A program made the position numbers and the translations under genes. Positions 17,687-27,594 of a stretch of 64,000 nucleotides of DNA are shown in pieces (position 1 is the stretch's first letter; the number at the start of each line of letters is the position of its first letter). The stretch spans positions 83,812 to 147,811 of the forward strand of contig CACOYI010000001.1 of assembly GCA_902631405.1 (NCBI GenBank). Direction: 5' to 3'. The notes beneath the pieces were generated by a model that saw only the letters and a program-made list of their open reading frames with translations, was not told where the DNA came from and did not search any database. The DNA is from K189A clade bacterium (GTDB lineage: Bacteria > Pseudomonadota > Gammaproteobacteria > Pseudomonadales > Azotimanducaceae).

Positions 17687-19051
17687 ATGAATAGGAATTT
17701 AATGAGCGGGCTTTCTAGTTTGGTTCTGCTGGCATTGGTCAGCATTTTATCTGCGAAGGAAATACCGACGTCCAAACCCGAAAGGCAAGGTTTCTCGTCT
17801 GATCGACTGGATAACATCACGGAGTTTATGAACCGAAAGGTAGCTGACGGAACAATGGTCGGAGGCATGGGATTAATTGCCCGGGGAGGCAAGGTGATTT
17901 ATGAGCAGACCTACGGTATGGCAGACCGCGAAGCGGAGCGGGTGATGGAGGAAGATGCCATTTACCGTATCTACTCAATGACAAAACCAATAACCGGTGT
18001 CGCTCTGATGATTCTTTATGAAGAGGGCAAGTTTCGGCTAAACGATCCTATAGCCATGTATATGCCTGAATTCGCCAACCTCGAAGTCGCTATGTCCACA
18101 GCTGGAACAAATATAATCTCTGATGGAACAACCAGCAAGACCGTAGGAAAAGGAGACGATTCTCTAGTTGGGCAAACCCGGAAGCCAACCCGGCGACCCA
18201 CTGTTCGGGACTTGATGACGCATACAGCGGGGATGACCTACGGAATATTCGGTAATACAGAAGTCGATAAAATGTACAGGGAAGCAGGTTTGCTTGGAGA
18301 CATGACCTTGGAGGAGTTCACCAAAGCTTTGGGCCAAATTCCTCTGCAGTACGACCCTGGCTCTCAATGGCACTATAGCGTCTCGGTTGACGTCCAAGGA
18401 CGCTTAGTAGAAGTACTTTCTGGAATGAAGTTCAGTGATTTTCTCAGGGAAAGGCTCTTCGAGCCCCTAGGTATGAAGGACACGGGCTTCCAAGTAAATG
18501 AGGAAAATAAGGATCGTCTCGCGCAATTGTATGCTCCAGCGGGCATGTCAGGCGATATGAACACCGCTTTCTTTCAGCAAACTACCAAACCAGGACTTGA
18601 TGTGGCACCAGCATCTGCGAGCGCCGGTTTTATTTACGGGGGTAAATTCGAAAGTGGTGGCGGTGGCTTGGTAGCAACGGCAAGAGACTATCTTCGTTTC
18701 TCCCAAATGATGTTGAATGGAGGGGAGTTGGATGGCGTTAGAATTCTCTCGCCAAAAACCGTTCAATTGATGACGGCGAATCACATCGGTGACTTGCCAA
18801 TGGGCTTTGGGCGAACTGGTGCTGGATTTGGTCTTGATTTTGGCGTTGTTCTTGATCCTGGAGCGGTTGGAGAGGTTAGCTCTGCTGGAGAATATAATTG
18901 GGGAGGTGCTGCTGGAACGCGATTTTGGATAGACCCACAGGAGAAACTGGTTGGGTTATTTATGGTTCAAAGTATTCCTCACCGCACAAGGCTTGCAGGA
19001 GATTTTAAAGTCCTGGCGTATCAAGCTATGACAGAATCGTACGCAGACTAA
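17687..19051 (+). CDS. Secreted serine hydrolase, beta-lactamase-related family
   Basis: Signal peptide, SxxK (YSMTK), LMTHTAG, HYSVS and WGGAAGT motifs. Confidence 0.88.
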   Translation: MNRNLMSGLSSLVLLALVSILSAKEIPTSKPERQGFSSDRLDNITEFMNRKVADGTMVGGMGLIARGGKVIYEQTYGMADREAERVMEEDAIYRIYSMTKPITGVALMILYEEGKFRLNDPIAMYMPEFANLEVAMSTAGTNIISDGTTSKTVGKGDDSLVGQTRKPTRRPTVRDLMTHTAGMTYGIFGNTEVDKMYREAGLLGDMTLEEFTKALGQIPLQYDPGSQWHYSVSVDVQGRLVEVLSGMKFSDFLRERLFEPLGMKDTGFQVNEENKDRLAQLYAPAGMSGDMNTAFFQQTTKPGLDVAPASASAGFIYGGKFESGGGGLVATARDYLRFSQMMLNGGELDGVRILSPKTVQLMTANHIGDLPMGFGRTGAGFGLDFGVVLDPGAVGEVSSAGEYNWGGAAGTRFWIDPQEKLVGLFMVQSIPHRTRLAGDFKVLAYQAMTESYAD

Positions 19052-19070
19052 GAGTCAGTCACCAAAGGTT

Positions 19071-19096
19071 AAAAAAGGGGCTACGGCGGCCCCTTT
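19071..19096. terminator. Intrinsic terminator between convergent genes
   Basis: AAAGGGGC-tacggcg-GCCCCTTT hairpin with a flanking A tract (U tract on the minus strand). Confidence 0.7.
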
Positions 19097-20729
19097 ACCT
19101 TCTGTGTTTGTATTCGGTCTTAATGAAGTCGGAACCCTTTTCGGCGATCATCACGGTCGGGGCGTTCGTATTGCCCGAAGTGATAGTGGGCATTATTGAT
19201 GCGTCTATCACTCTTAATTTCTGGACTCCTCGTACTCGCAACTGATCATCAACGACGGACATAGAATCTTGGCCCATTTTGCAAGTACCGACTGGATGGA
19301 AAATTGTCGTGCCTAAATCTCTCGCAGCGTCTAGCAGGTCCTCATCTGATTCGATCTGCTTTCCCGGCCTCAGTTCGAATGGCTCAAATCGTCGTATCGA
19401 CTCTGCCGACATAATTTGGCGAGTAAACCTGAGCCCCTTGACTGCAATTTTTTGGTCCTCTGTTGTGGACAAGTAATTTGGCCTAATTTTTGGTGCATCA
19501 GAGATTTCGGGGCTATTGATTACGACTTCTCCTCGGCTACTTGGTCTCACGTTGCAAACAGAAGGGGTTATTGCATTGAATTGATGGAGCGGTTCTCCGA
19601 ATTTATCAAGGGATAGTGGCTGGACGTGCCATTCAATGTTCGCTGACTGTTGACTGCTGTCGCTTTTCGCGAATGCGCCAAGTTGCGATGGCGGCATGGT
19701 GAGGGGCCCCGTTTTGAACAAAAAGTACTCAAGACCCATCATCGCCTTTCCCCACAAAGAACCAGCTTTCTGGTTGAGAGTGGTTGTATTTTTCACCTCG
19801 TAGATAGTCCTTATCTGCAGGTGATCTTGCAGATTTTTTCCAACCCCTGGGCTATTTACCAGGGGTTTGATGGCGAAACTCGACAATAAATCTTGGGGTC
19901 CGACACCTGAAACTTGTAAAAGCTGAGGTGAAGCAACGGCGCCCGCCGAAAGTATTACCTCTGTATCTGCCTCAATTGACCTTATTTTGCCCTTTTCCTT
20001 GACGATAACGCCTCTCGCTTGTGCGCCAGCATCCGTTGTTTCTAGTGTAACCCTCTCAACAGTCGCCTCGGTAAAAATAGTAAGATTCTTACGACTGCGT
20101 ATCGGATCAAGGAATGCCCTTACCGCGCTCCACCTCTTCCCGGATTTTTGATTCATTTGAAAGAAGGCGTTGCCAAAGTTATCGCCCTGGTTAAATTCTT
20201 CGATCTTGGGTATTCCACATTCAGCGGCCGCATCCCTCCAGACATCGAGAATTTCCCAGTTGACTCTTCTCTCCTCAACTCGAAGCTCTCCTCCCGTTCC
20301 ATGAAAGTCATCCGAGCCATGTTGGTAATCTTCAGACCGTCTAAATATCGGCAGGACGCTCGACCAATCCCAACCTTTATTCCCCAGAGCCTCCCATTGA
20401 TCGTAATCCGATTTTTGTCCCCGCATATAGATCATAGCGTTGATGGAGGATGAGCCGCCCAAAACCTTTCCTCGAGCATAGCCGATAGAGCGATTGTTCA
20501 AGCCAGGCTCGGGCTCAGTTTCGAAACACCAGTCTGTTCTAGGATTCGCAATGGTGTATAAATAACCAACCGGGATATCTATCCAAAAATAGTCGTCTTT
20601 TCTCCCGGCTTCCAAAAGGAGCACAGACTTTTCAGGGTCGGCTGAAAGTCGGTTGGCGAGGACGCATCCTGCGGTTCCGGCTCCAACGATTATATAGTCA
20701 AAGACTTGAACAGAATTTTCTGAGATCAA
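19095..20729 (-). CDS. GMC family oxidoreductase (choline dehydrogenase-like)
   Basis: DYIIVGAGTAG, RGKVLGGSSSIN, NLQDH, FHPVGTC and GNTNAP motifs. Confidence 0.92.
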   Translation of the reverse strand: MISENSVQVFDYIIVGAGTAGCVLANRLSADPEKSVLLLEAGRKDDYFWIDIPVGYLYTIANPRTDWCFETEPEPGLNNRSIGYARGKVLGGSSSINAMIYMRGQKSDYDQWEALGNKGWDWSSVLPIFRRSEDYQHGSDDFHGTGGELRVEERRVNWEILDVWRDAAAECGIPKIEEFNQGDNFGNAFFQMNQKSGKRWSAVRAFLDPIRSRKNLTIFTEATVERVTLETTDAGAQARGVIVKEKGKIRSIEADTEVILSAGAVASPQLLQVSGVGPQDLLSSFAIKPLVNSPGVGKNLQDHLQIRTIYEVKNTTTLNQKAGSLWGKAMMGLEYFLFKTGPLTMPPSQLGAFAKSDSSQQSANIEWHVQPLSLDKFGEPLHQFNAITPSVCNVRPSSRGEVVINSPEISDAPKIRPNYLSTTEDQKIAVKGLRFTRQIMSAESIRRFEPFELRPGKQIESDEDLLDAARDLGTTIFHPVGTCKMGQDSMSVVDDQLRVRGVQKLRVIDASIMPTITSGNTNAPTVMIAEKGSDFIKTEYKHRR

Positions 20730-20861
20730 TTGCGCCGCGCTCCAGATTTAATTGAGATATTTCGCGAATCGAAGTTTGAGAGATGCTATGTTTGGTGGTC
20801 TAGCGAAGTCAAGATCTCGAGGCGCTTGAGATCAAGTCATAAAAATCATGAAGGTACAAAA

Positions 20862-21494
20862 ATGAAGTTATACATGGTTCCTGCAGCACCCAACCCCACA
20901 AAAGTCATGCTCTACATTGCGGAAAGAAAGGCGATGGGAGTCGACTTGGGAGTTGAACAGATTGTTGTAAATACGCTTAAAGGAAAACACAAAGAGCCCG
21001 AGCATTTGGCTCGAAATCCTTTTGGCACATTGCCTGTTCTAGAGCTCGAATCCGGAGAATGTCTGGTTGAATCCCTATCCATCATTCTTTATCTGGAGAC
21101 GATCCAATCAGACAATGCCCTGTTGTCAGGTTCAGAAATTGAAAAAGCACTCGCGAGGGATTTAGAGAGGACGATCGAACTTAGACTGGCGAACTCAGTT
21201 GGCGGTTACGTACACGCTGTGAACTCACCCTTCGGGTTGCCACCCGATCCGGAACTTGGTGAAAAGCTCAAAGCAGGAATGGATCCGGCGCTCGGATATT
21301 TGGAGAGTTTGTTGGGAGACGGTCGTCAAATGCTGACCAGCGATAGAGTATCTCTGGCTGATTTAACGTTGCAATCTGCTCTTCAGTTTGCTCGTTTTGG
21401 GAAAGTGGATATTTTGGAATCGTATGGCGAGATAGCCGCATGGGATCTCAGATATCGAGAACGAGAGGCCGCTAAAGAAGTCCTAAAGTTTTAA
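20862..21494 (+). CDS. Glutathione S-transferase family protein
   Basis: NPFGTLPVL, ESLSI and SLADL motifs. ATG 20862 preferred. Confidence 0.85.
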   Translation: MKLYMVPAAPNPTKVMLYIAERKAMGVDLGVEQIVVNTLKGKHKEPEHLARNPFGTLPVLELESGECLVESLSIILYLETIQSDNALLSGSEIEKALARDLERTIELRLANSVGGYVHAVNSPFGLPPDPELGEKLKAGMDPALGYLESLLGDGRQMLTSDRVSLADLTLQSALQFARFGKVDILESYGEIAAWDLRYREREAAKEVLKF

Positions 21495-21499
21495 TTCGC

Positions 21500-23023
21500 T
21501 TAGGGCCAGTATTTCTCTTTGAGAATCCTTTTGTATAGTTTCCCCGTCGGAAGCCGGGGTAGTTCATCTATATAATCAATAGTCCTGGGAACCTTGTAGG
21601 CTGCAAGCTTTTCGCGCGCGAATTCCATCAGATCATCTGTTAGCTGTTCCTTGTCTTCAAACTCGTCAGTCAATTGGATAACAGCTTTAACCTCTTCACC
21701 AAAATCAGAGTTTGGAACACCGAAAACCGCAACGTCCTGAACAGCGGGATGCAAAATTAAGGCGTCCTCTATCTCCTGAGGGTAGATGTTTACGCCGCCA
21801 GAAATGATCATGTAGGCCTTTCTGTCGGTTAAGAATAAATAGCCGTTTTTATTGAGATAGCCCACATCTCCAAGTGTGGTCCAGTTTTTGTTTATCGGAT
21901 GTGTGGCGCTTGAGGTTTTCTCAGGTGCATTGTGGTATTCAAATGAACGAGTAGCTTGTTCGAAATAAACCATGCCCTCTTCGCCAGCCGCCAGTTCGTT
22001 TCCATTCTCATCGCAGATATGAAGCACGCCGAGATGAGCCCTGCCAACAGACCCCGGGTTCTCTAACCACTCGTGTGGAGAAATAATGGTCGATCCATTC
22101 CTCTCAGTGCCAGCGTAATACTCCCAAAGAATCGGTCCCCACCAATCCATCATTTGATGCTTGATTTCCTTTGGGCAGGGCGCTGCGGCATGTATTGCGC
22201 ACTCGTGAGAACTAAGATCGTATTTACTTTTCACGGTAGCCTCTAGTTTGAGCATACGAATGAACATGGTGGGTACCCATTGAGAATGCGTTACTTTGTA
22301 TTTATCTATGTACTCTAGAGACAGTTGCGCATCGAATCGGTCCATGACAACTACGGTTCCACCCAATGCAAGTGTGCGCATGCAATAGCCAAAAGGGGCG
22401 GCGTGATAAAGTGGTGCGGGTGATAGATAAATAGTCTGATCATTTATGCCAAACCTGTTATTTGGCTCAACACCGGGAATGCCCTCGCGAACGTGTGCAC
22501 CCGTCAAAGGACGCTTGATTCCCTTCGGATTGCCAGTTGTGCCCGAGCTGTAAAGCATAGAATCACCCATTGGTTCTTCTTCTAATGGCCGGTCACTGGA
22601 AGCATTGAGACAGTCTTCGTAAGACTCGTAATTGCCCTGGATTTGTCCCTTGATGAAACGCAATGGACAATCCTCTAAGTGTTTTAAGATCGAAGTTGAG
22701 ACTTCTATCTCGGATGATGTAAATAGGGCCTTGCTGCCCGAATCATTAACAATATATGCCGCCTCTTCAGCGGTCAGATAGCGATTGATGCACGTGATAT
22801 AGAGTCCGCTGCGATAAGCAGCCCAGGCTATCTCAAAATACTTTAGATCGTTCTCCATCAGCAACGAGATGTGGTCTCCCGGCTCCAGGCCTCTTTCTCG
22901 CATCAGATGAGCCGCTTTTATCGATCTCCGATCTAGAGTCTCCCAAGATAAAGTCTCTCCCGTTGTTGCAAAGATCAATGCAGGCGATTCGGGCTTTATC
23001 GTTGACCAATGACCGGGATACAT
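21500..23023 (-). CDS. Acyl-CoA synthetase
   Basis: YSSGTTGNPKG, YYAGTE, LGDVGY and PTGKLYK motifs. Confidence 0.93.
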   Translation of the reverse strand: MYPGHWSTIKPESPALIFATTGETLSWETLDRRSIKAAHLMRERGLEPGDHISLLMENDLKYFEIAWAAYRSGLYITCINRYLTAEEAAYIVNDSGSKALFTSSEIEVSTSILKHLEDCPLRFIKGQIQGNYESYEDCLNASSDRPLEEEPMGDSMLYSSGTTGNPKGIKRPLTGAHVREGIPGVEPNNRFGINDQTIYLSPAPLYHAAPFGYCMRTLALGGTVVVMDRFDAQLSLEYIDKYKVTHSQWVPTMFIRMLKLEATVKSKYDLSSHECAIHAAAPCPKEIKHQMMDWWGPILWEYYAGTERNGSTIISPHEWLENPGSVGRAHLGVLHICDENGNELAAGEEGMVYFEQATRSFEYHNAPEKTSSATHPINKNWTTLGDVGYLNKNGYLFLTDRKAYMIISGGVNIYPQEIEDALILHPAVQDVAVFGVPNSDFGEEVKAVIQLTDEFEDKEQLTDDLMEFAREKLAAYKVPRTIDYIDELPRLPTGKLYKRILKEKYWP

Positions 23024-23029
23024 GTTGAT

Positions 23030-23605
23030 CTAACCTGCCTCGCTTTTTGTTTCAACTAGCGGAGCATTCAGTTTTAAGAGATACATTGCCATATCTTCGG
23101 CCGATGTCTTTGGATTCACTTTACGATCGATTGCTTGAATGGTTCCCTGTGGGTCTACATAAAAGGTTTGGCGTTTCGCATAGCCACGAGGACTAAGAAC
23201 ACCATATTTTTCTGCTATCTCGGTCGTCGCATCGCTGAGTAGCGGAAAATCAGCACTCTCATCAGCAGCGAAAGCTTTGTTGGTTTCAATAGGATCGACA
23301 CTCAGCATAAAGTAGCGCACGTTGAATTTTTTGATCAAATGTCCATTCTGTGCGAGCGATCTGCATTCTATGGTGCAACCGCTTGTATAAGCTTTAGGAA
23401 ACCACGCGAGCACCGTCCAAGGTGTATTGGCGCTGTTCGGCAAGGGAAGCGCATGAGAACGACCATCTGTTCCCGGTAGGTCAAAAGAGGGCGCCTTGTC
23501 GCCAACTTGTAGTGGTTGCGTTGAGCCCGCGCTTAATTGCGAGAAGGACATTAGGGCTACTGCAATTAACATTCTGGACATATTAACGAAGTTGTTTTTT
23601 TTCAT
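23030..23605 (-). CDS. Exported peroxiredoxin (BCP/PrxQ, AhpC-TSA family)
   Basis: PKAYTSGCTIEC (PxxxTxxC), resolving Cys, conserved Arg in RQTFYVD, and a signal peptide. Confidence 0.85.
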   Translation of the reverse strand: MKKNNFVNMSRMLIAVALMSFSQLSAGSTQPLQVGDKAPSFDLPGTDGRSHALPLPNSANTPWTVLAWFPKAYTSGCTIECRSLAQNGHLIKKFNVRYFMLSVDPIETNKAFAADESADFPLLSDATTEIAEKYGVLSPRGYAKRQTFYVDPQGTIQAIDRKVNPKTSAEDMAMYLLKLNAPLVETKSEAG

Positions 23606-24639
23606 AAGATTTCTCCTGCTATTAGCTCAAGGGCCTCGTTATGTTGCGTTCCAAGTAGCATAGAGGCGACCTGTCCTACGGACCCCGCCTTCTTCCACCT
23701 CTGGAGTCGATCTTTTATACGATCTGCAGGGCCAACCAAGTGGCATGCATCGATTAATTCGGCGGGAACGGCTGCAGCTGCTTCATCTTTCTTCCCCGCG
23801 AGAAACAGATCTTGAATTTCAATCGCGGCCTCCTCGAAACCCATGGCCTTTGCATAATTGTTATAGAAGTTCTTATCGCGAGCGCCCATGCCGCCTATAT
23901 AAAGAGCCATACTAGCTCGAATCGGTGCCATGCATTGCTCAAGATCATCGCCAATAGAGACAGTCACAAAAGGCGAAACCTCGAATTGAGTCATGTCTTT
24001 TTCTCCTGCCTTTGTAAAGCCCTCGTTAATCGAATCTTCAAATACCGAAAATTTCTCGGGATCCATCCATATTGGGAAAAAGCCGTCACATACTTCAGCT
24101 GCGGCCGCGACACCTTTGGGTGTGATGTTGGCAGCAAAGATTGGTATATCCTCCTCGCAATGCAGGATACTTTTCAGTGGCTTACCCAGGCCGGTTGCGC
24201 CATCTCCCTTATACGGAAGTTGATAAAGTTCTCCTTCGAAAGACAAAGGGGCTTCTCGCTTAAAAACTTGCTTCATTATTTTCACATATTCTTTGAGTCG
24301 AGTGATTGGTTTGCCATAAGGTAAGCCATGCCAGCCCTCAATCACCTGTGGGCCTGATGCTCCCAACCCCGCAATAAATCTTCCCCCAGAGAGCTCAGCG
24401 AGACTCATTGCTGTCATAGCCGCCATGGCAGGTGTTCTTGCTGGCATTTGCATGATCGCGGTACCCACATTAATCCGCGTTGTGTGCGCTAACATCCAGG
24501 TGGCGCTCGTCACTGCATCTCCGCCCCAAGCTTCGGCTGTCCAGACGGAGTCGTAGCCCAGATTCTCGGCGTGCTTTATTCGGGCAAGATTGATCCTTAT
24601 TTTTGCTCCACCAGCGCCAGCTAATATTCCAAGTTTCAT
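23602..24639 (-). CDS. LLM-class oxidoreductase, putatively F420-dependent
   Basis: VWTAEAWGGDA and GLGASGPQVIEGWHG motifs. Paralogue of 2306..3358. Confidence 0.88.
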   Translation of the reverse strand: MKLGILAGAGGAKIRINLARIKHAENLGYDSVWTAEAWGGDAVTSATWMLAHTTRINVGTAIMQMPARTPAMAAMTAMSLAELSGGRFIAGLGASGPQVIEGWHGLPYGKPITRLKEYVKIMKQVFKREAPLSFEGELYQLPYKGDGATGLGKPLKSILHCEEDIPIFAANITPKGVAAAAEVCDGFFPIWMDPEKFSVFEDSINEGFTKAGEKDMTQFEVSPFVTVSIGDDLEQCMAPIRASMALYIGGMGARDKNFYNNYAKAMGFEEAAIEIQDLFLAGKKDEAAAAVPAELIDACHLVGPADRIKDRLQRWKKAGSVGQVASMLLGTQHNEALELIAGEIL

Positions 24640-24665
24640 TTTGTATCTCCTTAAGTCAATGAGTC

Positions 24666-26006
24666 TTAGGCAGAAACTCGGTCTCGCTCAAGATTCTGCC
24701 TTTCCGTATCTTCAAGGTCCTGTCGCAGATATTTAGCACCTAAAAGAAAGTGAATTGCAGACCATCCGTTCAATGCCACTGAAATAGATAGAGCGTATCT
24801 AATCGACTCTTCACCACTGTATGGCATTAGCAGGTCGCTAAGCCATCCCACTAAAGTTGGCCCTAGTCCCATTCCAATAATATTTAAGACGAAAAGTAAT
24901 ATTGCCGCTGCAACTGCTCGCATCCTTAAGGTCACTAATCCCTGTGTCATGGCAAAAGACGGCCCAAGGTACATCCCTGAAAAAATCGATATTGGGAAGA
25001 GAATGTAAATCGCCAACATTGCTGTTGGAGCCAGATAGGCGCCCAACTGGAGAGGTACCATCAGTATTAATGATATTGCTGGTATCCAAAAATACCATCT
25101 CTTGTCACCAGTCCTATCAGAGAGTTTGTCTCCGAGAAAACCGCCTAAAAATGTACCTATGGCGCCAATAAAGAAAACCAATCCGAGCCAATAACCCGTT
25201 TCGGTCGCAGACATGTTGAAGACGCGTTGGAGAAACGAGGGATTCCAATTAGTCGCTCCATAGCTAACAAAGGCATGGAGTCCGGCGCCGATCGAAAGAT
25301 GACGAAAGGATTTTTTTGACCATAGGAAATTGCTCACGGTCTTCCAGCTTGGTGCGCTAGTTTCTTGGGCATTGTCTGTGTTTGCTTGCATAGGAGATTG
25401 CTGCTCTCGGTCAGACATGCCTCGAGGCGGTTCGCGAAGAGTGAGTAGTACGAGGAGGGCTACTAATACGCCTGGAATACCCACTAGAAAAAAGGTATTT
25501 CTCCAGCCTAGTTCATCTGCTCCCCAACCGCCCACTGTCGTGCCTATAAACGAGCCAACCGGTATCCCCAACGAGTAGATCGACAAAGCGGTGGCGCGAG
25601 TGGAGGAAGGGAAATAATCAGAAATTAAGGAGTGACTCGGTGGGCTGGCCCCGGCTTCTCCAACACCGACACCTATTCTAGCTAATAGTAGGGTGATGAA
25701 GTTGTTTGCCAAACCGCAGACTGCAGTCATGATGCTCCAGACAACCATCGCAGCGGAGAGGATTTTGACCCGGTTCTTCCTGTCAGCGAGCATTGCGATG
25801 GGAATACCCAGCGTGGCGTAAAAAATTGCGAAGGCCAGACCACCTAATAAACCTAGTTGAAGGTCATTGAATTGTAGGTCTTGTCGTATTGATTCAAGAA
25901 GAATCGACAATATCTGTCGGTCTACAAAATTAACCACATAGCCTAAGTACAATACGAATAGTGCGTACCATTTATACGCTGGGCTGAATTGATTATCAGA
26001 ATTCAC
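24666..26006 (-). CDS. MFS transporter (spinster-like)
   Basis: NFVDRQIL, LADRKNR, RIGVGVGEAG and about 12 hydrophobic segments. GTG 26006 follows a G-rich RBS. Confidence 0.9.
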   Translation of the reverse strand: MNSDNQFSPAYKWYALFVLYLGYVVNFVDRQILSILLESIRQDLQFNDLQLGLLGGLAFAIFYATLGIPIAMLADRKNRVKILSAAMVVWSIMTAVCGLANNFITLLLARIGVGVGEAGASPPSHSLISDYFPSSTRATALSIYSLGIPVGSFIGTTVGGWGADELGWRNTFFLVGIPGVLVALLVLLTLREPPRGMSDREQQSPMQANTDNAQETSAPSWKTVSNFLWSKKSFRHLSIGAGLHAFVSYGATNWNPSFLQRVFNMSATETGYWLGLVFFIGAIGTFLGGFLGDKLSDRTGDKRWYFWIPAISLILMVPLQLGAYLAPTAMLAIYILFPISIFSGMYLGPSFAMTQGLVTLRMRAVAAAILLFVLNIIGMGLGPTLVGWLSDLLMPYSGEESIRYALSISVALNGWSAIHFLLGAKYLRQDLEDTERQNLERDRVSA

Positions 26007-26056
26007 CTTTTGCCCCCTCGCAAACGACCCCATTATGCTGGAGTTTAAATGTTATG

Positions 26057-26995
26057 TTATTTTGTTCTAGCTTTAATCCAACTTCGCATGGTGTCTGTAA
26101 CCATCTCACTAGCATCGTGTTGCACGAAATGCCCAGCGTTCGGGATAGTGAGGATCGAAAGATCAGCATCTATCCAGTCCCAAGTATTGTTGAGTCCGTC
26201 CGAGTGGAGAGCTTGATCTTCGAGCCCATGAAATATTAATACGGACGATTTCACTCGGGGACTGGTGAAGGTAGAGTTTTGCATTTCCTGACCGCGATCA
26301 GGGTAATTGGCCTTATAGAAATTGAGCATCCCTGCGAGATTAGATCGCTTGAATGCCTCGATATACTTAAGTCTGGCTTTAGGCTCTCGTACCCATCCCG
26401 CTAGTGTGGCGGCATTCATAGGCCCCCCGAAAAAGATATCCGGATCCGTCGATTGACCCTTTATAAATTTCTCGGCGTAACCACTGTTTTGTTGTTGAAC
26501 GACGTTAGTTTTCAGTTCTCTAGCCAGGCCATCTGGATGCGGTAGATTGAGGACAATCAAGTTGGCGACTCTGTTCGGGTGGAGCATAGCTACTTGCCAC
26601 GCCACCGCTCCGCCCCAATCATGTCCAACTATGGTGGCTTTCTCGATCTCAAGCGCATCAAGGACAGATAACACGTCCTGGACAAGGAATTCCATGGAAT
26701 AGTTATCAACCCCCGTGGGTTGACCACTCAAGTTATATCCCCTTTGATCCATCGCTATTGTTTGGAATTCGTCACTAAGCCCCTCAATTTGATGCCTCCA
26801 TGAATACCAGTAATCGGGGAATCCATGAATCATAAGAACCGGGTGCCCTTGTCCTTTCCTAACGAAGTGTATTATTACGCCATTGCTGTCTGCATACTGG
26901 TGTTCGACATCCGACAGGGGCCCATCTGGATTGGTTGTGGCCAGCGTATGTAGAGAAAAAAAAGAGAGACATGATAATACCGCTCTAATAAACAT
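26057..26995 (-). CDS. Alpha/beta hydrolase, epoxide hydrolase type, with signal peptide
   Basis: HGFPD, DQRGYNLS, nucleophile GHDWGG and catalytic His in AGHF. Confidence 0.88.
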   Translation of the reverse strand: MFIRAVLSCLSFFSLHTLATTNPDGPLSDVEHQYADSNGVIIHFVRKGQGHPVLMIHGFPDYWYSWRHQIEGLSDEFQTIAMDQRGYNLSGQPTGVDNYSMEFLVQDVLSVLDALEIEKATIVGHDWGGAVAWQVAMLHPNRVANLIVLNLPHPDGLARELKTNVVQQQNSGYAEKFIKGQSTDPDIFFGGPMNAATLAGWVREPKARLKYIEAFKRSNLAGMLNFYKANYPDRGQEMQNSTFTSPRVKSSVLIFHGLEDQALHSDGLNNTWDWIDADLSILTIPNAGHFVQHDASEMVTDTMRSWIKARTK

Positions 26996-27030
26996 TTTCG
27001 CTACGCCCCCTAGGTTGTTGATGTCAGTCC

Positions 27031-27330
27031 CTATCTGCGTGTTTTTCGCTTAAGCCTATCCAGCTTTTCTTTCCAGTACTGAAATTCTTCTGGGTCTCCT
27101 CCTCTATCGGGGTGGAGTTGTTGACACATTTTTCGAGCTTCCATGATCTCTTTAACAGGCACTACTAAGTCGAGTCCTAACTCCTCTATCTCAGAAGGGC
27201 TAAGCGTCTTTACCGGGCTACTCTCCTCCGGGGGACGATAATAGCCGCGTGTGCTGCCACGTCTGCTTCCGTAAGAAACTGGCCCAGAGAGCCCTAATTT
27301 CCACGGATGGTTTTTTGAAGGCTTTTTCAT
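27031..27330 (-). CDS. Small hypothetical protein with a C-terminal partial J-domain (HPD) motif
   Basis: LHPDRGGDPEEF with flanking helical segments. Confidence 0.6.
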   Translation of the reverse strand: MKKPSKNHPWKLGLSGPVSYGSRRGSTRGYYRPPEESSPVKTLSPSEIEELGLDLVVPVKEIMEARKMCQQLHPDRGGDPEEFQYWKEKLDRLKRKTRR

Positions 27331-27594
27331 TCTCTTATCTTAGTTCGGTTTCTGATCTCTACAAGTTTTCAAACAAATAGAACATAGATCAAATATCCCC
27401 ATATGCTCCCATCGTCTACATCGGTTTTATTGGACAATATCCTATCGTCGCAGTCTCATGCTTTATAATTTAACTGTTCTCCGAGAAATTTCTCTCAAAG
27501 GCTTTAGGAAATGTATTAACGTTTTTAACACCTGGTTCGGACCTTCTGTTTAATGGCTAAAATCTGGTTTAGGGAAACTTAAGTAGATATGAGG

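Noticed and set aside
17687-19051. Beta-lactam resistance gene
   Set aside because: It has the SxxK fold but lacks the class C YxN and KTG motifs (YSV, WGG), which is typical of esterase or amidase members.
27331-27594. Tiny minus-strand ORFs (20-22 aa) in an AT-rich spacer
   Set aside because: Poor RBS spacing, conflicting frames and no other support.
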